From an uncultured Candidatus Rokubacteria bacterium (GTDB lineage Bacteria; Methylomirabilota; Methylomirabilia; Rokubacteriales; CSP1-6): 64,000 nt of DNA. The notes under the pieces were generated by a model that did not search any database, was not told where the DNA came from, and was given only the letters and a program-made list of their open reading frames with translations. This document shows, piece by piece, positions 48,694 to 58,896 of the stretch (positions within the stretch are counted from its first letter, which is position 1; the number at the start of each line of letters is the position of its first letter). The translations under genes and the position numbers were made by a program. Where the stretch lies: contig CAVWFS010000007.1 in NCBI GenBank assembly GCA_963754315.1, positions 416,001 to 480,000 on the forward strand, given 5' to 3'.

Positions 48694-49614
48694 ATGGCCG
48701 ATGACGGATTGATCCTCGTAACCGGGGCAGCCGGTCAACTCGGGGCGGTCGGGCGAACCGTGACCGGCCTGCTCCTCGATCGCGGGCTTCCGGTTCGCGC
48801 CATGGTCCGCCGCGAGGACGACCGGGCGGCGGCCTTGCGGGCCGCCGGGGCCGAAGTGGTGGTCGGAGACCTGCTCGAGCCGGCCGACGTCTATCGGGTC
48901 GTCTACGGCTGTCGACGGTTGTACTTCGGCATGTCCGTGTCCGCCGGGTACCTGGAGGCGACTGTGATCATGGCAGCGGTCGCCCGGGAAATCGGGGTGA
49001 ACGCCCTAGTCAACATGTCCCAGATGACAGTCTCCCAGATGAGCATCCAGAACACCACCCCGAGCCCTCAGCAGCGGCAGCACTGGCTCGGCGAGCAGGC
49101 TCTCGGGTGGTCCGGGCTGCCGGTCGTCACCGTCCGGCCGACGGTCTTCCTGGACGGCTTCTTCCTCCGCTTCGCCGGTCCGACCGTCCGTGAGCGAGGC
49201 CGCATCGAAGTTCCGTTCGGCCGGGGCAAGACCTCTCCGGTCGCCGCGGCTGATGTCGCTCGCGTGGTTGCTACCGTCCTCGCTGACCCTGGGCCGCACC
49301 TGGGCCGGATCTACGAACTCACCGGCCCGCGGTCGCAGGACATGAACGGCGTCGCCCGCGAGTACTCGGACGCGCTGAACCGTGAGGTCACGTACTACGA
49401 CATCCCCCACCCGGAGTGGGAAAGGGAGCTGAAAAGGGAGGGGCTGCCGGAGCACGTGACCCGGCATCTGGTGACGATGGCTGAGTTGCACCGGGCAGGT
49501 CGGTACGACCGGCTGGCGGACGGCGTGGAGCGGGTGACCGGACGGCCGGCCATGAGCGTCCGGGACTTTGTGACGCTCCACGCGGATGAGCTCGGCGGTC
49601 GTCGATCTAATTGA
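48694..49614 (+). CDS. NmrA-like NAD(P)H-binding protein
   Basis: ILVTGAAG..G.VG, VGDLL, NMSQM, RPTVF, DVA, YELTGP. Confidence 0.9.
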   Translation: MADDGLILVTGAAGQLGAVGRTVTGLLLDRGLPVRAMVRREDDRAAALRAAGAEVVVGDLLEPADVYRVVYGCRRLYFGMSVSAGYLEATVIMAAVAREIGVNALVNMSQMTVSQMSIQNTTPSPQQRQHWLGEQALGWSGLPVVTVRPTVFLDGFFLRFAGPTVRERGRIEVPFGRGKTSPVAAADVARVVATVLADPGPHLGRIYELTGPRSQDMNGVAREYSDALNREVTYYDIPHPEWERELKREGLPEHVTRHLVTMAELHRAGRYDRLADGVERVTGRPAMSVRDFVTLHADELGGRRSN

Positions 49615-49689
49615 GGCGAGCGCTGCCGACGCCCGATCGGGCCAGTGTCATCGATTGGAGGCTGTCCTTCCCCATTTCTGACACGGAGG

Positions 49690-50075
49690 TGTCCCGGTCA
49701 AAAACTCGCCGGTCGAATGCCGCATGTAGAGTTTCGGCCAGTCCTTCATCCCTCACCGTTGGGAGCTGCAATGATCCTCGCCGCGGGGTGTCTGGACCTT
49801 CCTTCGCGCCCTTCTCGGCCGCTCCACCGCCGTTACGCTCGAGAACGTTACTCTGCGTCATCAATTGATGGTCCTGTAGCGGTCGAGCCCGCGGCCTCGG
49901 CTCCGCCGCCAGGACAACATCCTCTGGGTGCGCCTCTGACGGCTCTGGGCGAACTGGCGGTCCAGCCAGTTCATTGTCCAGCCCGCCACGGTGGTCCTTG
50001 GCACCGTCAAGGCTTTCGACTCTACTGGCGCTGGAGGTCCCGACGACGCTCACCGGGTCGTCCGCCGATCGACGA
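49690..50075 (+). mobile_element. Integrase-core transposase pseudogene, N-terminal part
   Basis: LRHQL.VL...RPRL...VQPATVV.WHRQGFRLYWRWRSRRRSPGRPPI with stops. Confidence 0.75.
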
Positions 50076-50084
50076 GGATGGGGC

Positions 50085-50310
50085 TGTCCACAGGTGCTGG
50101 AACTGGGCGGCGACGATCTGCTCCTATGCGAGTGGCGCTGTCAGCTGGCCGATGGACTGCGCGAATCGACAGGCTCCGTCGATGGCATCGGGTGAGGCCG
50201 TGGGATCGAAAAACAGCGCATCGCGAGCGACCAGCGGCCCAATGAGCTCCGTCTCCTCGGGCGGGAATATCCGCCGGGCGGCCTCGGCGGCGAGCGACGG
50301 TTTGTATTCG
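50085..50310 (-). pseudogene. C-terminal fragment of an ABC substrate-binding protein
   Basis: PSLAAEAARRIFPPEETELI..LVARDA.FFD...*EQIVAAQFQHLW. Confidence 0.5.
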
Positions 50311-50533
50311 AACTCGCCAGCAACGTGTCGGCACTTCGGTTTCGGAGGGCCTGTCGCTTTCCATGAACGTCGAGAGCCGCTTGCGGAGAAGGAGCCGCGG
50401 CGGTGGACGCGGGTCTTCGCCGTTGGAAACGGGGATTCCTCCTCCCTTTCCCCCTATCTTCTCTTCCCTCCCCGAGACAAAATCCGGAGGCCGTAGCGGC
50501 TGACTTCGGAGTGTGCGAAAATGATTAGCCAAG

Positions 50534-50797
50534 GTGCCTGAGCAGAGCCAGCTCCGAGGCAACAAACGAGCGCAAAGGCCGCGGCCCAGAACGCGTGCCC
50601 GATCCGCCCCTGCCTCCCCCTCCGCGTACCCTGTCGATCCTCGCCTCGCCTGGTACGTGGGGCTCTCACTCATGGCGGTCTGTGAAATCATCGAGTGGCC
50701 GGTCGCGATCGTGATCGCTGTTGGACATGAGATCGCTCACCGAGCCCGCGGCAGCGCCCTGCGCGAACTCGCCGAAGGGATCGAAGCGGGAATCTGA
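50534..50797 (+). CDS. Small hypothetical membrane protein
   Basis: LAWYVGL.LMAV.EIIEWPVAIVIAVGH; start uncertain. Confidence 0.5.
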   Translation: MPEQSQLRGNKRAQRPRPRTRARSAPASPSAYPVDPRLAWYVGLSLMAVCEIIEWPVAIVIAVGHEIAHRARGSALRELAEGIEAGI

Positions 50798-50809
50798 AGA
50801 AGCGGTAAT

Positions 50810-51225
50810 CATGGGCTGAGCCGTCGATTGTGGCTCGCCACCACCGTCGAGAACTCATTCACATCGGCGTCATCGACCAGCCCACCGCCGCCTGGGTAGC
50901 TCAACTGATCGCCCACGCGTTCCCGGACGAGACCGGCCGCGCCTACCTGCTCCGCGATCGCGATGCCATTCGACGGCGCTGATTTCCAGCGCCGGGTCGA
51001 GCGCATGGGCTTTCGCCAGGTCGTCATCACACCTCGCGCTCCCTGGCAGAAGCCCTTCGCCGAGCGCGTCATTGGCTCGATTCGCCGCGAATGCCTCGAT
51101 CTCGTCATCGTGCTCAACGAGCGCCACCGGCGTCGCTTGGTTCGCACGTACCTCGCCTACTACAACGCGACGCGGCCTCACCAGAGTCTTGCTAACGACA
51201 GCCCGCGCCGGCGCGAGGTACAGTC
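50810..51225 (+). mobile_element. Integrase-core transposase pseudogene, C-terminal part
   Basis: AFP......YLLRDRDA, PRAPWQ.PFAERVIGSIRRECLD.VIVLNE.H, YYN..RPHQSL..DSP. Confidence 0.85.
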
Positions 51226-51321
51226 GTCCTGTATCCCCTCACCAGCCACCACCATATCGAGCGCCGCCGGCGCGCGAGTAGAATCGGAAGAGCCGTGGCC
51301 GAGAGTTTTGTTCATCCGCAA

Positions 51322-51348
51322 TGTCGAGAATCCGTTCCGTGCTCCGAC
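51322..51348 (+). promoter_or_regulatory. ECF42-type autoregulatory promoter TGTCGA-N17-CGAC
   Basis: TGTCGA gaatccgttccgtgctc CGAC upstream of the YciI-sigma operon. Confidence 0.75.
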
Positions 51349-51395
51349 CTACCGATGAAGGCGCTGATCACGTCGCCTGAAAAGGAGCCAAAGCG

Positions 51396-51791
51396 ATGAA
51401 ATACATGCTCATGATGCACGCACCAAAGGGTAAGGGGGACTGGGAGATCTTCAATTGGCCCCCGCAGGACATCAAAGCGCATATCGACTTCATGCACCGG
51501 CTGAACAAGGAATTGAGGGACGCAGGCGAGCTGGTCGGCGGGGAGGGCTTGACCGGACCGGGCAAGGCCCGGCTCGTGCGGGCAGGCAACGACGGTCGAC
51601 CGGTGACCGATGGCGTGTTTCCGGAGACGAAGGAATTCCTCGCCGGCTACTGGATCATCGAAGTCGATCGTCCGGAGCGCGCCTATGAGGTCGCCGGGAA
51701 AGCCTCGGCGGCGCCCGGGCCCGGCGGCAAGCCGCTGAACATGGACATCGAGGTCCGCGAGGTCATGAGCGTTTCACCCGTCGAGGTGTGA
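51396..51791 (+). CDS. YciI/DGPF-family protein
   Basis: MKYMLMM, GELVGGEGL, VTDGVFPETKEFLAGYWIIEV, IEVR. Confidence 0.92.
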   Translation: MKYMLMMHAPKGKGDWEIFNWPPQDIKAHIDFMHRLNKELRDAGELVGGEGLTGPGKARLVRAGNDGRPVTDGVFPETKEFLAGYWIIEVDRPERAYEVAGKASAAPGPGGKPLNMDIEVREVMSVSPVEV

Positions 51792-53067
51792 GACGTCACC
51801 CTCTCTCGATAGCCGCGCCGAGAGCCTGCTGCGCGAGCTGGCGCCACAGGTTCTCGGCTGCGTCGTCGGACGCTACGGAGACTTCGCCGCGGCCGAAGAC
51901 GCCGTGCAGGAGGCGCTGATCGCAGCCGCCGTTCAGTGGCCGCGCGACGGGCTTCCGGAGAACCCGCGCGGCTGGCTGATCCAGGTCGCCTCGCGGCGGA
52001 TGACCGATCACTGGCGCAGCGAGGCGGCGCGCCGGCGCCGCGAAGAGGCCGCGGCTCGAGACGCGCTCCTTCATCCCGCCGCGCGAGTCGCGGACGCGGA
52101 GGAGGCGGATCCAGGCGATGACACGCTTCTTCTCCTGTTCATGTGTTGCCATCCCTCGCTGACGACACCGTCGGCGGTCGCGCTCACGCTGCGCGCGGTC
52201 GGAGGATTGACGACGGCGGAGATCGCGAACGCTTTCCTGGTTCCCGAAGCGACGATCGCCCAAAGGATCAGCCGCGCCAAGGAGACTATCCGATCCTCCG
52301 GCGTGGCGTTCCGCATGCCGACGCGCGAAGAGCGCGCGCGGAGACTGAACGCCGTGCGGCATACGCTGTACCTGATCTACAGCGAGGGCTACACGAGCAG
52401 CGCCGGCCCGACGCTGCATCGCACCGACCTCTCGTCGGAGGCTATTCGCTTGGCCCGCGCGCTACACCAGGTTCTTCCAGACGATGCGGAGGTCGCGGCC
52501 CTTCTGGCCCTGATGCTGCTCACCGATGCGCGCCGGCCGGCGCGCACCGACGCGGACGGCGAGCTCGTCCCGTTGGACGAGCAGGACCGGACGCTCTGGA
52601 ACAAGGAGTTCATTGCCGAAGGCGTAGCGCTCGTCAGCGCTGCGCTGCCGAAGGGGCCTGTCGGGCCCTATCAGATCCAGGCGGCGATCGCGGCGATCCA
52701 CGACGAAGCCGCGCGCTTCGAGGAGACCGACTGGGCGCAGATCCTCGCGTTCTATCAGCTGCTCGAGCGGCTTTCGGACAATCCGATCGTTTCGCTCAAC
52801 CGAATCGTGGCGACGGCCATGGTGGAGGGACCAAAGGCGGGCCTGGACGCGCTGGACGTGCTAGCGGCGGACGCCCGCCTCAAAGGTCACTACCGTTTGG
52901 ACGCCGTGCGCGCCCACCTGCTCGAAAAGGCCGGCAATGGGGAGGCGGCGGTTGCGCACTATCGGAAAGCCGCCGCCCGCACTTCGAGCGTGCCTGAAAG
53001 GAACTATCTCGTGACCCGCGCCGCGCGACTGGCCATGTGCCAGTCAGAAACCTCAGCCCCGCTGTGA
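51788..53067 (+). CDS. ECF42-group sigma factor with TPR-like C-terminal extension (start region apparently shifted)
   Basis: AEDAVQEAL, DDTL.LLFMCCHPSL, QRISRAK, GPYQIQAAIAAIH, DWAQI; follows a DGPF gene. Confidence 0.9.
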
Positions 53068-53107
53068 ACCCGCAGCACCCGCGAACCACCCTGCGCTTGG
53101 CACGATG

Positions 53108-53423
53108 ATAACGCGACCTGGCGGAGCGGTACGGCTGGATCAATCGAGCGTTGCCCGCCAACGCGCTCGATGGCTTCGTCCGCTCGCTTGCCCATCTGGT
53201 CGCCCGGTTTCCGACCGCCGGCCAGGTCGTGGTCAAGGAGCGGGTCAATGCGGTCGCCCTCGCCCCGGCCGATGACTTCCGTCGCGATTCCGATCTCTTG
53301 GGCGCGAGTGTGCGCGACCCCGAGGCCCAACGCGCATCCAGGCGGCTATTGAAACGTGGCTTCCAAACCCGAGAAGCCGAGATGTCCCTGGGCCGGCTCC
53401 TGGGCAATATGGCTGACCATTGA
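53108..53423 (+). pseudogene. Enoyl-CoA hydratase, C-terminal fragment
   Basis: DLAERYGWINRALP...LDGFV.SLA...ARFP...RGFQTREAEM.LG. Confidence 0.7.
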
Positions 53424-53496
53424 TCGAGGCACTGACGCGAAGGCCGAGCATCTCCGCTTCACCCACAGACATGTTAAAAGACGAAAGGACCTCCTC

Positions 53497-53898
53497 ATGA
53501 AAGCTACGCGAGTCATGGCGATCGCGGTGCTCATTCTCGCAACCGGGCTGACCCTGGACGTGGGATCGGCGCAGCAGTCGGGGATCAAGCGCACCGATCT
53601 TCAGCGGCATGACCTCGGCATGCCCGGGCGCGAGGTCATCCAGGTCCGCGTCGATCTCGACCCGGGCGTGGCGTTCCCGAACCACACGCATCCGGGCGAA
53701 GAGATCATCTATGTCCTCGAAGGCACGTTCGAGTATCAGGTCGAGGGCAGACCGCCGATGACGCTCAAGGCCGGCGACGTCTTGTTCATCCCGGCTGGAA
53801 CAATCCACGCAGCGAGGAACGTCGGAAGCGGCAACGCGGCGGAGCTCGCGACGTACATCGTCGAAAAGGGGAAACCGCTCGTTTCGATCGTCAAGTAA
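53497..53898 (+). CDS. Secreted cupin-domain protein
   Basis: IKRTDLQRHDL..PGREVIQVRV, HTHPGEEI.YVLEG, IPAGTIH.A.N. Confidence 0.92.
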   Translation: MKATRVMAIAVLILATGLTLDVGSAQQSGIKRTDLQRHDLGMPGREVIQVRVDLDPGVAFPNHTHPGEEIIYVLEGTFEYQVEGRPPMTLKAGDVLFIPAGTIHAARNVGSGNAAELATYIVEKGKPLVSIVK

Positions 53899-53906
53899 GC
53901 CAGAGG

Positions 53907-54116
53907 ATGACACACATGAACCAGCCGGCCATCGAGCGGGCGCTCGGGAAACTCGTCGTCGACGGACGATTCCGTGAGGCTTTCGTCCGGAATCCCGCGA
54001 TGGCGACCACAGCGGCGAGCATTCCGCTCACGGATGGGGAGCTGAGCGCGTCGACACGGGCCCAACCGAATGCACTCGCGGCGTTCGAGCTGCTATCTCC
54101 CCGTGAAGCGACTTAG
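53907..54116 (+). CDS. Os1348/NHLP-clan small protein
   Basis: MNQPAIERALGKLVVDGRFREAF..NP........LTDGEL.A. Confidence 0.65.
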   Translation: MTHMNQPAIERALGKLVVDGRFREAFVRNPAMATTAASIPLTDGELSASTRAQPNALAAFELLSPREAT

Positions 54117-54646
54117 CCGGCACGAACGGGGGTGTGTATGAATTCCATTGGGCAAGGAACCCCGCTGGAATTGCCCTCAGCACCGACGTTCCTAACTTGA
54201 GACGTGCGTCGGAGGAGCCTCGGCAGTGGGGCGCCAACGTTTTCGGCAAGAACCAGACAGGCGTACGATCCGGGGAATGAACGTGACACGCGCTGACCGG
54301 CCGCGAACGTCTCCAGTCACCGACGACCTTCGAGGTCACCACGGACTGCGGCCAAGCCGGTCCCTCCTGCGGTTCGCTGAGGCACTCGCCGTCCGAGACG
54401 GCTAGCGAGACGGCTCTGCACGTGATACTCTTCCGCTCAGCATGCACCTCCCCCCTCTCAGGTTGGTGCTCGCTGAGCGCTAAGGCTCGGGTGAATCTGG
54501 CTTGAACGCCTGGTCGCCACCGACAGGATCCCGCTGTGGAACAGCCGCTCTCCGTCTCCCTCGTGGTGGACCACACTCGCTGACCGTAGCTTGCCGCACA
54601 ACCATCACAAACCCCAGCTGGCGGGCTACGAACTAGGAGGTTCGCA

Positions 54647-55402
54647 ATGAAGATCGTCGTTATCGGCGGCACCGGCCTGATCGGATCGAAGACCGTCCCG
54701 ATTCTCCGCCAAGGCGGACACGAGGTCGTCGCTGCCTCGCCCAATACCGGCGTCAACACCATCACCGGCGCGGGCCTCAAAGAGGCCATGGCCGGCACGC
54801 AGGTGGTGATCGACCTCGCCAACTCGCCCTCATTTGAAGACAAGGCGGTGCTGGAATTCTTCGAGACCTCCGGCCGCAACCTTCTCGCGGCGGAGGCTGC
54901 AGCCGGCGTCCGGCACCATGTCGCGGTCTCCATCGTCGGAACGGACCGGACGCCCGACAATGGCTATTTCCGTGCCAAGGTCGCCCAAGAGAAGCTGATC
55001 GAGGCCTCCGGCATTCCCTACACCATCATCCGCTCGACCCAGTTCCTGGAATTCCTCGGCGGCATCGCCGCTTCAGCTACGGATGGAAACACGGTCAGGC
55101 TTTCGCCCGGCCTGTTCCAGCCCATCGCGGCGGACGACGTTGCTGCCATCGTCGCCGATGTGGCGCTCGCGGCGCCGCGACGCGGCATCGTCGAGATCGC
55201 CGGCCCGGAACGAGCACCCTTCAACGAAATCGTCGCCCGCTACCTGAAGGCGCTCAGCGACCCGCGTACGGTCGTGAGGGACCCCGAGGCCCGATACTAC
55301 GGCGGCCGCGTCGAGGAGCGCTCGCTCGTGCCGTTGGGCGAAGCGCGCCTCGGCCGCATCGGTCTCGACGAATGGGTCCGCCGCTCTCAGGCAAGAGCCT
55401 GA
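54647..55402 (+). CDS. NmrA-like SDR oxidoreductase
   Basis: MKIVVIGGTGLIG, HHVA.SIVG, GYFRAK.AQE, QPIAADDVA. Confidence 0.92.
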   Translation: MKIVVIGGTGLIGSKTVPILRQGGHEVVAASPNTGVNTITGAGLKEAMAGTQVVIDLANSPSFEDKAVLEFFETSGRNLLAAEAAAGVRHHVAVSIVGTDRTPDNGYFRAKVAQEKLIEASGIPYTIIRSTQFLEFLGGIAASATDGNTVRLSPGLFQPIAADDVAAIVADVALAAPRRGIVEIAGPERAPFNEIVARYLKALSDPRTVVRDPEARYYGGRVEERSLVPLGEARLGRIGLDEWVRRSQARA

Positions 55403-55526
55403 TGCTGCTGACGGCGCTGACACAATCGGTGCGGTGACCGGCAGATGCCCGAGAAGTAGCGTGAGCGTTATTAATGCACCGCGAGCGGGTCTGCGAGTGG
55501 GCGAATACGAAGCGAAAGGGGCAACC

Positions 55527-55928
55527 ATGACGACCAAACCCGTTGCGTTGGTTCTGCTAACGGCACTCCTGATGGTCGCAGCCGTCCCGACCGAAGCCGC
55601 AGACGTGAAGGAACTCTTCGCGCTCGACCTTGCGGACTATCCGGGCAAGGAGGGTCGCATGATTGAGGTGTCGTATCCGCCGGGCGCACGAGACATGGTC
55701 CATCGGCACAACGCCCATGCGTTCGTCTACGTGCTCGAAGGCCAGATCGTCATGCAGTTGAAGGGCCAACCTGCCGTCACGCTCAAGGCAGGGCAGACGT
55801 TCTACGAGGGTCCTACCGATGTTCACGTCGTGGGGCGCAACGCCAGCAACACGGAGCCGGCCAGGTTCGTCGTGGTGCTGCTGAAGGCCAAAGGGGCTCC
55901 GATCCTCACGCCGGTGAAGGAAGACTAG
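55527..55928 (+). CDS. Secreted cupin-domain protein (paralog of 42525-42911)
   Basis: GKEG.MI.V.YPPG....HRHNAHAFVYVLEG, GQTFYEGPTDVH.V.RNAS. Confidence 0.9.
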   Translation: MTTKPVALVLLTALLMVAAVPTEAADVKELFALDLADYPGKEGRMIEVSYPPGARDMVHRHNAHAFVYVLEGQIVMQLKGQPAVTLKAGQTFYEGPTDVHVVGRNASNTEPARFVVVLLKAKGAPILTPVKED

Positions 55929-56389
55929 CACAAACCCGAAGCGCTGATGCGGAGGCCCTTCAGTGCGCATCGGTACTCTGCATCAGCAGCCAGATAGGAG
56001 CATAGGCCGAACAAAGAGACAGTTGCCGGAACGCCCGTTCTCAGCCCTCACCCCGGTCCCCGTCCACCGCCGCTCCTCCCCCCCGGGTACAGAGCGGACA
56101 ACCGGCGTGTCGCGCGATTTTCTGCCAGAACAGGACAGGAACCCGGTCTTCAACAAGGTCTACCAGTTCCAGCGTCGCTGGGCGGCCGACGTGGTGACCT
56201 CGCGGCGCACCGTGACACCCGTCGTACGAGATGGCCGCCGACTACTGCTGGCCTCAGAACTAGTCAGTGAGTCGGTAGGTCATCTAGGGATGATGGCCTC
56301 GGAGCCGATCGCGGCGCTCCCGCATGGCCGCTTCCCCGTCGCAGGACGGTGCAGCCAGGATCGGTGTTTCTTGGCCGGGACCCCGGCGT

Positions 56390-56743
56390 CTACTTGGGAC
56401 GCGCGTGCGAGGATCCGGTGGCGCCCTTCCTCCGCGCCACCGCGCTGACCGGGCGGGAGCGCTCGGGAGCCCCGAACTGCTCGTCACAGAAGGCGCAGAT
56501 CTCGCGCTCGATGAGCGAGCGGAGCGGCGTGAGCAAGAGGCCGAGCTCGACCTGAACTTCGAGGGCGCCCTTCGTCACCGCGACGTGTCCCGTCGCGCCG
56601 GTTCGCCGGAAGCGCAGCGTGTCACCGTCCCACGCGTGGGTTCCGCCGAACTCCCGCTGCAGGCGCTTCGCCATCGTCTCCGCCAGCCTCTTGGCCTCGG
56701 CCAGCGACAAGCGGTGGCTCCGTCGAACGACGATTGGGTTCAT
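56390..56743 (-). CDS. Polyhydroxyalkanoate-system (PHA granule region) family protein
   Basis: I.VRRSH.L...EAK..AE.MA..L...FG....W.GD.L.F.R.GA.G...V. Confidence 0.8.
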   Translation of the reverse strand: MNPIVVRRSHRLSLAEAKRLAETMAKRLQREFGGTHAWDGDTLRFRRTGATGHVAVTKGALEVQVELGLLLTPLRSLIEREICAFCDEQFGAPERSRPVSAVARRKGATGSSHARPK

Positions 56744-56908
56744 GGCGCCGCCCCACTCCCGCGGGCTGGCCTGGCCTCGTCCGCTCCGAGCCCGCGCCGA
56801 TGCACGATGCTAGCCTGACTGTATGGCGTCTTCGTGTCAGCAGCATGAAGCGCCGGTGACGGGCTGAATGCGGTGACGGCCAGGCGACTTGGCCTGTCGG
56901 GCTGCCGC

Positions 56909-58735
56909 TCAGCCGGCGTGCCCGGCGGCGGAGAGCCGCCGGTCGAGATCGAAGGCGGCGCTGATCAGCGCGAGGTGCGTGAAGGCTTGCGGGAAGTTGC
57001 CGAGGTGCTGTGCCTGCGGTCCCAGCTCCTCGCCGTAGAGTCCCAGGTGGTTGGCGTAGCCCAGCATCTTCTCGAAGAAGAATCGCGCCTTGTGCAGATC
57101 GCCCATGCGAGACAGGCACTCCACGTACCAGAAGGAGCACATGGAGAACGTGCCCTCCTGGCCGGTGAGCCCGTCGGAGAAGCGGTCGCTGAGGCGATAG
57201 CGATAGACGAGCGAGTCGCTCACCAGGTCCTGCTCGATAGCGCCGAGTGTGGAGAGCCAGCGAGGGTCGGTGGGGGAGACGAAGCGGATGAGCGGCAGCA
57301 GGAGGGAGGCGGCGTCGAGCGCGTTGGAGCCAGCCGCCTGGACGAAGACGCGTCGCGCTGGGTCCCAGAACCGCTCATAGATGTCGTGATAGATCGTGTC
57401 CCGCACGTTGTACCACCGTGCCAGCGGCGCCGGGAACGAGCGCTTTCCCGCGAGGCGGATAGCCCGGTCGATCGCCACCCAGCACATCACCCGCGAGTAG
57501 AGAAACTCCTGTCGCCCGCCGCGCACTTCCCAGATGCCCTCGTCCTTCTCGCGCCAGTGCTCACAGACCCAATCGATCAGACGTACGATATTCCTCCAGC
57601 CATCGTGGGGGATAGGGGATCCGTACTTGTCGTACAGGTACACCGAGTCCATCAGCTCGCCGTAGATGTCTAGCTGCAGATGGGTATACGCGGCGTTGCC
57701 CACACGGACCGGACGCGAGCCCATGTACCCCTCGAGGTGCGGCAGCGTTTCCTCGGGAAGAGCGTGGCGACCGTCGATGCCGTACATGATCTGGAGCGAA
57801 CCGTCCGGCTCCAGCTCATCGACGCGTGCCATGATCCACTTCATGAACGCGGCCGCCTCGCCGGTGTAGCCGAGCCGCATGAGGCCGTAGAGGGTGAAGG
57901 AAGAGTCGCGGATCCACGTGTAGCGATAGTCCCAGTTCCGGCCGCCGCCGATGTTCTCGGGCAGTCCGAACGTGGGCGCCGCAACGATCGAGCCGTGTGG
58001 CCGCGAAGTGAGGAGCTTGAGTGTCAGCGCCGAGCGGTTCACCGTCTCGCGCCAGCGGCCCTTGTAGCTGGAGCGATCGATCCAATGGCGCCAGAAGTTC
58101 ACGGTGCGCTTGAATGCCTCGCTCTCATAGTCCGGCTGGCGAGCCGGGGATGGTTCGTTCGGCATTGCCACCTCGAGCACGAACCAGGCTGACTCGTCCG
58201 CGCCAAGCGTGAACTCGGCCACGGCGGCGCCGTCCGCCAGCTGCATCGCGACCGACGAGCATAGCCGCAGGGCCAGCTCGCCCGCGCCGGCGCGGCCGAC
58301 GAAGACGACCTCCCGGTCACTGCGCCGCTCCACAGAGTGCGTTGCGCGGGCATAGTCGAAACGCGGGTCGCAGCGCATGCTGAAGCGTATCTCGCCGCGC
58401 ACGGTCTTCACCCGACGCACGAGGTTGTGCGCCTGTCCGGCGTCCTCCACCGGCATGAAGTCGGAGAGCTCGGCCACGCCGTCGTTGGACAGGAAGCGGG
58501 TGAGGAGGACGTTGGTGTCGGGGAGGTAGAGCTGCTTGCGCGCCGCCTCGCCGAGCTGCGGCGCGATCTGGAAGCGACCGCCGCGCTCCGCGTCGACGAG
58601 GGCCGCGAACACCGACGCCGAGTCGAAGGAGGGGAGGCAGAGGAAGTCGATCGAGCCGTCCTTGCCCACCAGCGCCAACGTGTGGAGGTCGCCGATGATG
58701 CCGTAGTCCTCGATGGGCGCGTAACGACTCGCCAT
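56909..58735 (-). CDS. Glycoside hydrolase family 15 (trehalase/glucoamylase-like)
   Basis: PIEDYGIIGD, AAPTFGLPE..GG.RNWDYRY.WIRD, QLDIYGE, GNFPQAFTH. Confidence 0.95.
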   Translation of the reverse strand: MASRYAPIEDYGIIGDLHTLALVGKDGSIDFLCLPSFDSASVFAALVDAERGGRFQIAPQLGEAARKQLYLPDTNVLLTRFLSNDGVAELSDFMPVEDAGQAHNLVRRVKTVRGEIRFSMRCDPRFDYARATHSVERRSDREVVFVGRAGAGELALRLCSSVAMQLADGAAVAEFTLGADESAWFVLEVAMPNEPSPARQPDYESEAFKRTVNFWRHWIDRSSYKGRWRETVNRSALTLKLLTSRPHGSIVAAPTFGLPENIGGGRNWDYRYTWIRDSSFTLYGLMRLGYTGEAAAFMKWIMARVDELEPDGSLQIMYGIDGRHALPEETLPHLEGYMGSRPVRVGNAAYTHLQLDIYGELMDSVYLYDKYGSPIPHDGWRNIVRLIDWVCEHWREKDEGIWEVRGGRQEFLYSRVMCWVAIDRAIRLAGKRSFPAPLARWYNVRDTIYHDIYERFWDPARRVFVQAAGSNALDAASLLLPLIRFVSPTDPRWLSTLGAIEQDLVSDSLVYRYRLSDRFSDGLTGQEGTFSMCSFWYVECLSRMGDLHKARFFFEKMLGYANHLGLYGEELGPQAQHLGNFPQAFTHLALISAAFDLDRRLSAAGHAG

Positions 58736-58896
58736 GGCCGCGACTTTATCACGCGACACACGCGAAGGCCGAGCGCTGATCTGGGGGCGGTGCGAGCTCG
58801 AGTTTGTGCGCGGAGAGTTCGTGGGCGGGGCCGACTAGGGGCCGGGCCGCGGTGCCGATGTTGGCGGCGCCGCCAGCATCCGGGCGCCGTTCCGCC

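Noticed and set aside
55963..56380. ORFs between the cupin and the PHA-family gene
   Set aside because: No recognisable motifs or RBS; treated as intergenic debris.
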